From the NCBI GenBank assembly GCA_951406725.2, contig OX597816.1, forward strand, positions 62,124,001 to 62,188,000: a stretch of 64,000 nucleotides of DNA, given 5' to 3'. Below, one piece after another: positions 1 to 12,450 of this stretch. The stretch is from Octopus vulgaris (lineage: Eukaryota). The notes beneath the pieces were generated by a model. That model was not told the DNA's origin and did no database searches. It saw nothing but the letters and a program-made list of their open reading frames with translations. How positions within the stretch are numbered: the first letter of the stretch is position 1; every line of letters starts with the position of its first letter. Both the position numbers and the translations under genes were made by a program.

Positions 1-309
1 ATTAAAGAAATAGGGGTGCATCACCCATTATGCCTTAATGATTTGATTCTCACCTCACAGACTTGTGATAGTAGGAGCACATTGATTATTATAACCCTAA
101 ATATGGAACATCCAAGAGAATGATGGGGTAGTCTCAGCTGGAACATCTGTCATCGTAGATCTGCTCATATAAGAGAGAAGAAGATAGGGAGCATCTTTTT
201 CAAATATCTACATGTAGGAAAACAAGCTATACCTTGCAACTATTATTATGCCACGGATGAGGGAATGTGCCAGTGGTTCTTATATTCCTCTTGAAATCTT
301 TGTACATCT

Positions 310-1262
310 TATTTCTTTATTACTCACAGGGAGCTAAGCATACAGGGGACAAACAACGACAGACAAAGGAGGTTAAGTCGATTACATCGACCCCAGTGCG
401 TAACTGGTACTTAATTTATCGACGCCGAAAGGATGAAAGGCAAAGTCGACCTCGGCGGAATTTGAACTCGGAACGTAACGGCAGACGAAATACATATTTC
501 TTTACTACCCACAAGGGGCTAAACACAGAGAGGACAGACAAACGTATTAAATCGATTATATCGACCTCAGTGCGTCACTGATACTTATTTAGTCGACCTC
601 GAAAGGATGAAAGGCAAAGTCGACCTCGGCGGAATTTGAACTCAGAACGTAGCGGCAGACGAAATACCTATTTCTTTACTGCCCACAAGGGGCTACACAC
701 AGAGGGGACAAACAAGGACAGACAAACGGATTAAGTCGATTATATTGACCCCAGTGCGTAACTGGTACTTATTTAATCGACCCCGAATGTATGAAAGGCA
801 AAGTTGACCTCGGTGGAATTTGAACTCAGAACGTAAAGACAGACGAAATACCTATTTCTTTACTGCCCACAAGGGGCTACACAGAGAGGGGACAAAGAAG
901 GACAGACAAACGGATTAGTTGATTATATCGACCCCAGTGCGTAACTGGTACTTATTTAATCGACCTCGAAAGGATGAAAGGCAAAGTCGACCTCGTCGGA
1001 ATTTGAACTCAGAACGTAACGGCAGACGAAATACCTATTTCTTTACTGCCCACAAGGGGCTACACAGAGAGGGGACAAAGAAGGACAGACAAACGGATTA
1101 GTTGATTATATCGACCCCAGTGCGTAACTGGTACTTATTTAATCGACCTCGAAAGGATGAAAGGCAAAGTCGACCTCGTCGGAATTTGAACTCAGAACGT
1201 AACGGCAGACGAAATACCGCTAAACATTTCGCCCAGCGTACTAACGTTTCTGCCAGCTCTCC
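310..1262 (-). mobile_element. tRNA-derived SINE family A: one head followed by five tandem ~174-185 bp bodies
   Basis: Units start at ~310, 495, 669, 853, 1036. The head (minus strand GAGCTGGCAGAAACGTTAG) occurs once at 1218-1262. Each body has GAGTTCAAATTCC (B-box-like) and GCCTTTCATCCTTTCG. The family is dispersed across the window. Confidence 0.85.
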
Positions 1263-2359
1263 CTGCAATATAAATACGTACATGTATGTCGCCTAAGGCC
1301 CTTAAGCCATCATCTAAGTACAATCCAGAGCGAGATATAACCATAGTCACAATGAGAAGCAAATACTACTCATACACAATGCCGAATAAGGATTCATGTA
1401 TGAAATTTTCAATAATCTCTGTTATAATTAGGAAACTTGTAATAAGAATACCCCAGGAAATCTCTTAACAAGGATATCTATCTTCAAAAAGTAGATATGA
1501 AATTTATGCACTGACCAGAAGTAAACTTCGTGAATGAAGCTCTACTGGTTAAGATTGAAAACACTCTTTCTGGTTGTATAAGAGATTACACTATATACAA
1601 TTTATTCGGAATTATATAATGACACCGTTGTTTTTGCACAATATAACAGGACTTAGCCAATGTTTTAGAAGTCGTGATCATCACTGTTTGTTGACCATTC
1701 GTCATAGAACAAATATCACCTCGTTATTTTTCTCTTTGAAGATAACTTATAGCATTCTCTATTTTAACCAAGTACAAACTAGAAATTAGCTGTAATGGCT
1801 GACATAATCTGAATATAGTGCGTTCGTCGGTTGAGAGATTAAATAATAAATATTTATGTGCAACAAACCTAGGATAAATTTAAAGCAGTCAAACTAGTAT
1901 TTAAACCTTTGTCTGGGAAACTCTAAACAAATGTAAATACACTTAACGAAACAGAAGAGTAAAAGAGACAAGAGTATTAATTTAACAAATTACATCTAGT
2001 TTGTGTTTGGTTTAAATAGCAGTTCTTATAAGTTCTTTTCATTGGGAGATGGATGAGAATGTACAGGTCTTCTGATGTGTGTTTAAAAATCCTGAAACAT
2101 GTTAGAATCTCTTTCATGTTTCTGTTTGGGAAGAAGGTAATGTGTTGCACAGCGAAAACTTATAGTTTCCTGATATACATTGTTTTTGTGCATAAATATC
2201 ATATTGTCATATATCATATCATATAATGTATGTAAATATAAATATATGTGTGTGTGTGTATGTGTGTGTGTGTACCTGTGTATTATATGTGTGATCAATA
2301 TCTGTTGTAAATGGCAGCATGCAATCCAGTACAACAATAAGAAAATAATAAAAGAATTC

Positions 2360-2560
2360 AAAAGATACCGATCGTCTGCCAACTGATCAAGGAGTCATAG
2401 CAACGCTCGAGGTGGCAAACGAGTGCATTGTGAAACGGTTTGAAGATTTATGGATACAAATATTGTGTCATAACATAAAGCCCAGCGAGGAATACTCTAG
2501 GATAAAGCCTGAGGATCGTTCACTCGAATGGATGTTTGTCTACCAGGAGAAAATCTTCTA
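2360..2560 (+). pseudogene. possible pogo/Tigger transposase remnant
   Basis: ccaactgatcaaggagtcatagcaacgctc reads PTDQGVIATL, resembling the pogo QPMDQGVI motif. Otherwise degenerate. Confidence 0.3.
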
Positions 2561-3199
2561 TATACTAAAAGTAAATAGAGTTTTGTGGACATGTCAGTAC
2601 TATAATCATATTTCATATACATAAACTGCATAGAACGGCTAGAAATATCCAGAACCTCCTACACTTGTGACATCATGCGGCAGGTGTAACACAGGCTTTA
2701 GTAATCGTGGTCCTTCAATCACTCTAATCTATGGCTGCGTCTTCTGTTACGGTTGCTCTTTAATATGTTACTATAATGTCCAATTAGTACTCGTACTTTG
2801 CTGCAAGTTGGGTTCGACCGACGGTACTGATTAAAGAATAACAGCAACGGAACATACAGTTGTGTGGGCAACCGAGGAATCTTGACTGGTTTGCTATTAT
2901 AAGCGAAGAAGCTACATGAAGTGGCGGTTTTTGCCTTGTAAATATGATACGCAATCGTTGCAATGAAAAGAAATATTTCTGAAAGGTGATTCAAAGTTCA
3001 TTCTGGGCAAGAAACTGATTTGAATAAATGAGTAGTGCACAGAAATTTATTTCCAGATACAACTGATTTATTCCCGGTGGCTCAACATTGGAAGATTGTC
3101 AGGTTTTACTTTCAAGCATTTGGAATACTCTATGTTACGTAGTGACTGATCATTCATGCTGGTAGGTAATTGTTCTGAGAAAATGTAAATAATGTAAAA

Positions 3200-4025
3200 A
3201 TATTTTCTCTTCTCCTCAGCTCTTTTGTTAAACTCTTCCTTGCCCATCATTACATCTGCATTTACATCCATATCTTTCGCGACATACTGCAGTAGGTCTT
3301 CACCACTATTTATCAAATACTCGGCAAGCGTTCTCCTTTCACTCCTTATACAATTATCTATACTAATTAGTCCTCTGCCACCATTCTTTCTTTTCATATA
3401 CAGTCCCATTACGTTTGCTTTCGGTTGAAGCGCTCCATGAAGCTTCATCAACTTTCTCGTCCTTCTATCAAGTGTTGATAATTCCTCCTTAGTCCATTTG
3501 ATGATGGACGCGCTATATCTGAATACCGCCACTGCCCAGATATTCATTACGGTAAACAGAATTTTGGCAATCAGGTTGGATTTCAACAACATCTTCACCC
3601 TTTTCGATACGCCTCACTGACCTTGACTTTCATTTTTCTGTGTAGAATGTCATCCAGTTCCAAATTCCTTAAATCTATTTACCCATTATCATCGGGTTCA
3701 CCCATGGTCTCTCCTGATGATAACCGCAGTCCTCTGCAGGCCGCTTTCTTCCCTCTTTCAGAATTAAGTACTGAGCATTTGGTAATCCCAAATTCCATAC
3801 TGATGTCCCTGTCACACTTCTGGACCGTTTTGGTTAAGGAATCTATCTGTTTTTCAGATTTCCCAAACAATTTCAGGTCATCCATAAATAGAAGATGGCT
3901 CAAAGATAGGCCTTTCTTCCCACATCGGTAACCCATCTTAACTTTCCTAAGTGTCATTGTTATGGGTATTATTGTAATTACAAGAAAGTAACGGAGAACA
4001 CAAGTCACCATGAGATCCACTGCTT
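3200..4025 (-). pseudogene. R4/Dong-like non-LTR retrotransposon RT fragment, frameshifted and 5'-truncated
   Basis: HLLFMDDLKLFGK...MEFGITKC (ORF 3679-4080) and KWTKEEL..LDRRTRKLM...LYMKRKNGGRGL (ORF 3068-3598). Abuts (TTA)n at 4028-4067. Confidence 0.8.
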
Positions 4026-4068
<43 letters not shown>

Positions 4069-4541
4069 ATACACGAACACATGACCTCACACGCACAAGC
4101 ATATATATACATATATATGTATACATATATATATACACACACAATATAGTAATATATATGTATGTATGTGTGTATGCATTTGCATGTATGTGTTTGTGTA
4201 CACACACATACGTGCAACCTCATACACACACATACACAAATACATATTTATACATATATATATACGTGCAAGTACTACGCCGAGTATTTGTATTTACTTA
4301 ACATATTTACTTGTTTATTAATGTTGCGACGGTTGACAGAATCGGTAGCCATTTGGTGCTAATACATTCTGATCATGGGATTGTCTGTTTGTGCGTTTAC
4401 ATGTGTCTGTGTTTGTGTATATGTACGTTTGTGATTTTCTTGTTGACAAAAAAAAAAAACAGTGTCTAAAAAGTTATTGATATTTTTTCCCGCGTTGTCA
4501 TTCTACTGTTTTTGCTGCGTTCCTTTGTGTAGATGTGTGTG

Positions 4542-4638
<97 letters not shown>

Positions 4639-4885
4639 ACGCGATGTGTTTGCTTGGTGTGTCTGAGAAGTATGAAGTAGTGTGCACTTGGTGAAGCTGC
4701 AGGCATTAAATTTCTATATATTTGTTCCGGATGAACTTACGACCAGACCTGTGTGAGTTCATTCAGTAAAATTCTCTGATGTTCTAGCTAGAATAATGCA
4801 CATGACTACACATTGCATCTGCTTGTGGCCAACAACCGGAAATGTTTCGCTTCTAAAGTCTTTTATCGTTAAAACTTCGTTTCTG

Positions 4886-5100
4886 TTTCTCATACCTTCG
4901 CTAATTTAATCGTTTTTTTTTTATTGAGTTAGAATTTAAAAGTCCTTAAATGACATAGCGGTCAGTGACACACAAACATTGATAGAGTTTCTCTTTCTCA
5001 TACCTTTGGTAAATTAATCGTATTTTTTTTTTGTATTGAGTTAGAATTTAAAAGTCCTTAAATGACACAGCGGTCAGTGACACAGAAACATCAATAGAAG
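4886..5100. repeat. local tandem duplication, 2 x ~110 bp
   Basis: tttctcatacctt...gagttagaatttaaaagtccttaaatgaca.agcggtcagtgacaca occurs twice. Confidence 0.8.
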
Positions 5101-7749
5101 AAAATTATTAGGGTTTTGTCATTCAGAGTATAATTGGGTGCGTAAGCTTAGTGTCTCTGACCTTTCTGAAGGGCTACCGAGATTGATGGCATAAAACAGG
5201 AAGAAGCTGAAGGTGTGGTTCTCATGCAAGCAAAAGAACTTGCTCAACTGTTGATAAACTGCAAATATTCCTCCTAAAACCTTATACAACCAACTTAACG
5301 GGCTTTTGCACAGTATCTTTATATCCCTTTCAGACACGAAGCCATTGTGTTGACCCGTCGACAAGCACGTATAACCGAGATCACTTGCCCGAAGTGATGC
5401 AATCCCAAACAACGAAAATCCTAGGATACACAGTGAAGATTTCAGTTTGAATTAAAAAATGAAACAGAGAGATAAGAATTTCTGGCTCTGTAGAGCACTG
5501 AGATAAATAATTGGAGGTACTTAGCTACATTTGTTTTTATAGTAACTTTCGATCTCCTGGAGATCCATTCTGCTCTAATTCATTTTGGAGCCATAAAATA
5601 AGTACCTACCAATGAAATATTAATAAAGGTCGATTTGATCGACTAATTCCCCAAAAGGTGTACTGCTAATACACTTTCTACACTTCAATGATGAAAAGAA
5701 GGGTAATGCCAGGCCCGTATTCTTTCAGGATGCCTGGGATAGGCATAAAAATGGGTGGAATATCCTTTAAGTCAGAAACCTGATAAGAATGCTACGAACA
5801 GAGGTAAATCTGCTGAAGGCATTCATGGACAGGTAGTGGGGTTGAACGGGTTAAACGGGCGACGGACTAAATATACCATGCGTTCAAGATCTTTCGTCTG
5901 ACTCTATAACAAGTTACCAAACAACGGTCTAGATTAAATACTTTATTTTATTGAACAGTCGCATGATGAAAGTCTTTGTGTGCAGAGTACCGGAACGAAA
6001 CCCGGAAAGCATTTTGTTCTTCGCTCCGATGATTCTATCAGGCAAACAGTGAAAGTAATAAATAATACACTATAATAAAAGAGGATTTAATGTAATGGTT
6101 TCTTTTGAGTTGGCAAGAAATAATGGCTGCGTAATCAGGCTATTCACACTCTGTAGATGATTACTCAATCTTACTGGTGTTGCTAAACATTAGAAAACAC
6201 CATTAAGTAGTGTGTACACTTCAACGACTCCGAATCTAAGCGTATATGATTCTTTAAGACAACGAGATATTCTTTATGTGGGTGACCGACCTGCTAGAAA
6301 TAGCAGTCATGTCTTCATTAAATTACACCCTATTTCCTTAAAAACGCGCACGCACACACTCACACACACACACCTGCGCGCACGCGTTCTATTATGTGGT
6401 TCTTGAAATGGCGGGGTGATTTCCAACGGTTTCGACGATGTTAAATCAACTGAATTCATGCTGGTAAAATTAAAGTAGAAGTTGTTGAGAGTTCCACAGT
6501 TACGAATAATTTCAACTTAATCTGCAACTGAATCAACGTGAAACATTGAGACATAGCTGGGTCATTGAATTAGAGAGAAGGTGGCGGGGAGAAACTATTT
6601 TGCTCAGTGTCAGAACGGCATTTTTTTTCTCGATCTTGAAACAACGAAAAGCAGAGCTGAAATTGGTGAACGCAAAGAAGTGGAACATATTCTGCAAGTT
6701 ATTCGGCCTGGTTCTCTAACGATGCTGCTCATACGCTGTCTTGGTTCTAGATGCATTATGCATTCAAAAAGGAAAATACACTATAATTATAAGCAATGGC
6801 TTGAAAGTTATTCATAACTGGATGCTTCGACCAAAGTTTTCGCAGCTAAACAGCATCAACAACGATCCAACCAGAGAGCCTCAAGTTGCTTATTAAAATA
6901 AACAAGTTGAGGCTCCCTAGTTGACTAAATCCTGAAATTACAGGCAACGTTTGACTAAAGCGACGTTAATAACTGTCAAAATATAATTTGGTGGTGGGGC
7001 TGTTAAAAAAAAAACAAGTCTTTTTTGACTGAACACTCCCTTTTGTCAAAGGCGTTCCAGCTATCGTCAGTTTTCTTTCAAATGCGTGGGGCTGCGCTTA
7101 CAATGTACCCTTCCTTTTTAGGACAGCACATTGTTATTTGAAGGGAATTTAGCTGCTATTTATAAGAGGTCGAGCATGTAGGTACTGAAACTGACTGATT
7201 ACCATTGGTACAGAATCAACATCAGTATAGGTCGAGGGAGCAACAAACAAACAAAATTACGTGGCAGCTGTTACAATCAAATACAAAGACCCAGTTTTCA
7301 GCCATGAGACGTTGCTTATTACAATTACTACAAGTCTTCAAATATGTACATATTGCATATTATTGATGGCTAACTCAAACAAACCATATCCTTATAAATG
7401 CTTGACAAATAAGCGCAGATGCCTCCTAGTAATAGATTTATAATTACAAATCGTACTGTAAGTCATCAGTTCTTTCTTATTTTTAAATCTTACAGTAACA
7501 GGAAGATGTTACAGGTATGAACCAAGTGAGACGCCATGACGTGAACTTTTAACTGGCTGCATATAGCCTCAAAATCTCACACAAACTACATTCTACTGTT
7601 TACTAGAGCTACGTTTCAGGCGACTCATGGCTTTAGAGATAACGGTTAGAAAAGATTTGATCATATATTCTGCTCCAGCAGAAATGCCTGGCTCTGTAGG
7701 ACAAGAAACCGTACGAGTATTGTACGTCACTGATTCATCATGAAAAAGT

Positions 7750-7760
7750 GTATATGCATG

Positions 7761-7794
<34 letters not shown>

Positions 7795-7915
7795 TGTATG
7801 TATGTATGTATGTATGTATGTATGTATGTATGTATGCATGTATGTATGTATGTATGTATGTATGTATGTATATATGTATGTATATATGTATGCATGTATG
7901 TATGTATACACACAC

Positions 7916-7973
<58 letters not shown>

Positions 7974-8020
7974 GTATATATATATATATGTATATATATA
8001 CATATATATACTTATACATA
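7750..8020. repeat. compound microsatellite (TATG)n/(CA)n/(TA)n; similar tracts at ~4.5, 15.9-16.3, 22.9-23.3, 26.9, 38.0-38.9, 47.3, 50.1-50.5, 62.8, 63.8 kb
   Basis: Directly visible simple repeats. Confidence 0.95.
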
Positions 8021-8027
8021 ATCTTAC

Positions 8028-8325
8028 GTCCGTGAGGTTGTGAGTTCGATTCCCGGACCGGGCTGCGTGTTGTGTTCTTGAGCATGAGACGTTATTTCAC
8101 GTTGCTCCAGTTCATTCAGCTGTAGAAATGAGTTGCTATGTCACTGGTGCCAGGCTATATCGGCCATTGGCTTTCCCTTGGATATCACTGGTGGCGTGAA
8201 TAGGGGGAGGCCGGTATGTATGGACGACTGCTGGACTTCCATAAACAACCTTGCCCGGACTTGTGCCTCGGAGGGTAACTTTCTAGGTGCAATCCCATTG
8301 TCAGTTATGACCAAAGGGGATCTCC
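8028..8325 (+). mobile_element. tRNA-derived SINE family C, 5'-truncated
   Basis: B box GAGTTCGATTCCC. Body matches the reverse complement of 25100-25435. Confidence 0.8.
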
Positions 8326-8703
8326 GATATATATATAATCAAATGAATAACAGAGGATGGATAATTGTCAGCTCATTAAACCCGTCTCTTACGGTAGATA
8401 CTTACACGTTTGGCTTTTCTCTCTGTACGCAACTGGAATATCCTCTTTGATATTTTCCAACCATTGGCTGCGAGCACAGTTTTATCCAACTGTACCAACT
8501 GTACCTGGTGCATACCTTTTCAAGTAACCGATTCTATAAATATATATATATATATATATATAGATCAATAAATGGTGGGGTTGTGTTGACCGCACGTGGA
8601 GAAATGATAAGTAAGGAAAAATTTTTTTAAAAATGCAGAATGCTCAAATGAAAGAAAATTTTAATAAAATGAGAAAATGATAAAATATATAAATATATAT
8701 ATT

Positions 8704-8744
8704 TATTCAACCGGTTTTCGTCAATGTATGACTTGTCAAGAATA
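8704..8744 (-). ncRNA. minimal type I hammerhead ribozyme, U3-A8 core variant
   Basis: Minus strand: TATTC-TTGACAA-GTCA TACAT TGAC-GAAA-ACCGGTT-GAATA. Confidence 0.65.
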
Positions 8745-9379
8745 TTTATGTTTTAAGAAGTTTTTTTAAAAATTAGAAAGGGGAAAAAAAGAAAATTGCA
8801 ATGTTTTTTGTAAAAGAATAATGATAAAAATGTACAAAAATTAAAAAATAAGTTCTCCGATACATTGTGAGTTCGTTGTGTATCTTGAGTTTTATGGTTG
8901 TTTACCAAAAAATTACCTTGAGGTGTTAAGATCCAAAGGGATTAAGAGCATGTGATGTGTTGTGTTGTTAAATTCAGCATGTTGCAGGACAGGAAGTAGT
9001 AGTAATTGTGGTCCTGGTTCTTCAGTTCCTGTATTGTGAGTAAGGGGAGACAACTCTTTTGAGTTCTTCAATAAAACCCAAATTATAAAACTATCATTTT
9101 AGCTTCATTTGCATTATCTTTTTTATATAATTGCTTGTTAACTTAACTTTCAGATTTTAACACTTTATTTATATTATTTTCTAATAATATAAAACTGCAT
9201 AGACAATTGCATTTCAAATTGTCATATCATTTATAATAAAAATGATAGTAGTAACAACAACAATAGTGAAAATGATATTTAATGAATATAAGTTTTAGCT
9301 TGAAGTGGTGAATGTATGGTATCTTTATATATTTGTGTTAGTCCATCCATGAAGAGTGAGGTAGAAAAAGGAAGTTTGA

Positions 9380-10066
9380 TCAACGAGGAGTTTGCATATT
9401 AAGTTGTGTTTGGAATTTTTCAATAAAGAGATTCTCCTTGTTAATTCTCTCCTGTGTGGTGATCCCGTCTTTACATTGGTAGAAGGGGAATATATAGAAT
9501 TTGGGGTTTAAGTCTTTAGCACATGAGTCTAAGTGGTCACTCAGTGGAATTTGTCGGTATTCCGGGAGATTTATTTGTTCTTTATGCACCGTTACTCGTT
9601 TACGTAACGGGAGACTCGTTTGTCCCACATAATTATGTTGGCAACCAGCGCATGTGAGAACGTAGATAAGGTTCTCGGAGGAACAGGAGAAGTTAGTCTT
9701 GATTTTAAACTTCGTACCTTGTTTGAAGGTAAATTCAGAGCCTTCAAGTAGAAAGGGGCAGGTACCACAGTTTGAGCGTGCACATTTTTTTACTGTTGGG
9801 GGTGGATGTGGTGTGTGAAGTTTGGCATTTGTCAAGAGTTTTTTTAAAGATTTGTGTTGCCTTTTGCATTTGAGGATTTTGTGTGTATTTATAATGTTTT
9901 TCATTTTTGGGTCTGTTGACAGTAGACTGAGGTTTTGTATGATTGTGGTGTATGCTTCGATATTTTTGGGGTTGTGGGTGGAAATGTATGGAAGTATTTT
10001 GAGGTTGTGTGTGGTGTTAGGTTGGGTGGTTATCAGTGTAGTGTTGTCTAGTTCTTTGGCGCGTTT
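9380..10066 (-). CDS. PLE C-terminal fragment: linker (LPYISTHNP), CxxxxCxxC motif and GIY-YIG endonuclease
   Basis: KKCARSNCGTCPFL...CSSENLIYVLTCAGCQHNYVGQT...RVTVH...KENLFI. The frame stays open upstream of the annotated ATG up to the inversion junction. Confidence 0.85.
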   Translation of the reverse strand, partial: KRAKELDNTTLITTQPNTTHNLKILPYISTHNPKNIEAYTTIIQNLSLLSTDPKMKNIINTHKILKCKRQHKSLKKLLTNAKLHTPHPPPTVKKCARSNCGTCPFLLEGSEFTFKQGTKFKIKTNFSCSSENLIYVLTCAGCQHNYVGQTSLPLRKRVTVHKEQINLPEYRQIPLSDHLDSCAKDLNPKFYIFPFYQCKDGITTQERINKENLFIEKFQTQLNMQTPR

Positions 10067-10557
10067 TTATAAATGATATGACAATTTGAAATGCAATTGT
10101 CTATGCAGTTTTATATTATTAGAAAATAATATAAATAAAGTGTTAAAATCTGAAAGTTAAGTTAACAAGCAATTATATAAAAAAGATAATGCAAATGAAG
10201 CTAAAATGATAGTTTTATAATTTGGGTTTTATTGAAGAACTCAAAAGAGTTGTCTCCCCTTACTCACAACACAGGAACTGAAGAACCAGGACCACAATTA
10301 CTACTACTTCCTGTCCTGCAACATGCTGAATTTAACAACACAACACATCACATGCTCTTAATCCCTTTGGATCTTAACACCTCAAGGTAATTTTTTGGTA
10401 AACAACCATAAAACTCAAGATACACAACGAACTCACAATGTATCGGAGAACTTATTTTTTAATTTTTGTACATTTTTATCATTATTCTTTTACAAAAAAC
10501 ATTGCAATTTTCTTTTTTCCCCTTTCTAATTTTTAAAAAAACTTCTTAAAACATAAA

Positions 10558-10598
10558 TATTCTTGACAAGTCATACATTGACGAAAACCGGTTGAATA
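10558..10598 (+). ncRNA. minimal type I hammerhead ribozyme, U3-A8 variant (inverted copy)
   Basis: tattc ttgacaa gtca tacat tgac gaaa accggtt gaata. Confidence 0.65.
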
Positions 10599-10688
10599 AA
10601 TATATATATTTATATATTTTATCATTTTCTCATTTTATTAAAATTTTCTTTCATTTGAGCATGCTGCATTTTTAAAAAAATTTTTCCT

Positions 10689-10743
<55 letters not shown>

Positions 10744-10744
10744 G

Positions 10745-12450
10745 GGGCAGCTTGTATTTTAGGCATATACTGTGTTCTCAGATATGTAAGGTTTTCTTAG
10801 TTTTTTAACAGTATTATTTCTCTACAGTTTTTGTGCCTTTCTTGTTGTTTCTGTGGAACATTAAATTTCCCAAATCCAACATCAAATGTTCCCACAGCTT
10901 CATAGTCTCATCTTCAGGCTGATGTAATGTCGATGCCTCTTTTAATCTCTTTATGCAAAGCAAGGCCAGTATGACCCGTGTAGATATTATCATCGGAATT
11001 TGAATTTCAGCGTCGTCAGTAAAGTGTTTCTTGTTTGTGACAAGATCATGTTCATATCATCATTGTTAATGCGTATTTATATTATTGTGATATATTTTGA
11101 GTATTGCCCTCACCACAAATGATCCCTTTTTGTGGGTATTGCTGTTTGTCTGTGAGAGAGTAGTGTATTATATAGCCAATATAAATGCTTCAGTTATGAC
11201 GTTAACATATTTTATGTTTGCAGTATAATTCAGAAACCTACATTTATAATTTTATGACCAATGTGGTTTATGTGCTTCTGATTTACTATTGATTACAATG
11301 GAAGCTTTTAATTATATTGTTTTAGTAATATATTATCAATGATAATTTATGATTTGTTCGAATGCATTTTTGTCGTCTGTTTTATGTGCTTTTTACGTGT
11401 TCTGCTATTGTTCTATGGACTGGCCTATTAGTTTTCAATAATACTCCTCGTTGGCTGATGTTAGTCTTATTTTGTGGATTCCTTTGTTGGTGTTCGAAAC
11501 GCCGGAATCTAATAAAGGTATTCTAACATATCAATGGCGACGCGATATTAGAATGTAAATATATGTGTCCTACACCTGTTTTAGTTTCTGTATGTTTATA
11601 TCAGAAATTCAGATGTTTCACTGATCCGGATGCGGGATTTTGAATGCTCTGATGATGCCCATCTCTTCAGTTAAATAATCACAAGACCTTCAATATGTTC
11701 ATTAAGCCGTGGATAATGTCCACATTCCTGGTCTTTAACGTATTAGTCCTTTTCTATTGTGATAAAACAAAACACTGCGAGCGAGAGCTTGGGAAGGAGA
11801 ACGATACATTGTCGATATTTTTGCTCATATTATTTGCATTTTGTACAAAGATACGGAGCTTCTGTTTTACAGCACATTAATAATTTCTTGAGAATTCTAG
11901 TGCATACCGTCGGTATTTTAATTCATGGGGACTGGTATAGTATCTATTAATTAATACACTTTTTATTATTTCTGACGCCGTGACTTTAATAAGAAGTCTT
12001 TCTACGAAAACATCCAGATGCTAGTTATTTCGTTTGTAGCTCCTGAGATCTTTGGGATCTTTTCTATTTCACCCTGGTATATTTTGTCTGATAATGCCTA
12101 ACTGCTCTGTGACACGTGGTGGTTTAAATATTTGTGATATAAGATTGAAGGAGTGGTTTGTTTGAGCATATTTACTAATTTCTGCATGTATGCAAGGACG
12201 AATGAATTCTTTCATGAAAGGGAAGCATGTGAATATTATATGTGTATTAGTCGTTGTAATTTGCATATTCAGTTTAACGTATCAATCGGAATCGTACTAT
12301 TCTTTTAATTTCTTGTTCTGCATGCATCTATTTTTACGACATTAAACTCGGACTAAATTTTAAAGTTTATGGTCCTTGCAGGCGTTCATGATATTCCGAT
12401 TGTTGGTACCGAGGTTGTTCGTAAATTGCACGGTGCTGTGTATGTAATAT
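10745..12450 (-). mobile_element. possible highly decayed PLE with a degenerate HHR at 10847-10905
   Basis: Minus strand CTATGAA-GC-TGTGGGAACATT...AATGTTCCACA-GAAAC, shortly before (TA)n. Only weak YIG and YLHSN-like peptide remnants upstream. Upstream boundary is uncertain. Confidence 0.3.

Larger units (their letters stand above)
8563..10692 (-). mobile_element. 5'-truncated Penelope-like element with an inverted pseudo-LTR, inserted in (TA)n
   Basis: GIY-YIG ORF on the minus strand. 8610-9236 is a near-perfect inverted repeat of 10067-10692. (TA)n on both flanks. Confidence 0.9.

Noticed and set aside
267-1296. Repeated peptide STPVRNWYL..RPRKDERQSRPRRNLNSER
   Set aside because: It is the antisense translation of SINE A bodies, and frames are not preserved between copies.
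5100-5420. Structured ncRNA (RNase P or telomerase-like) on the minus strand
   Set aside because: Only short chance-level motif resemblance in the wrong spacing. It cannot be supported without a covariance search.
6875-6922. Hairpin gagcctcaa...ttgaggctc followed by CTAG (Helitron 3' end?)
   Set aside because: Hairpin size and spacing are atypical, and no matching 5' end or second copy is seen.
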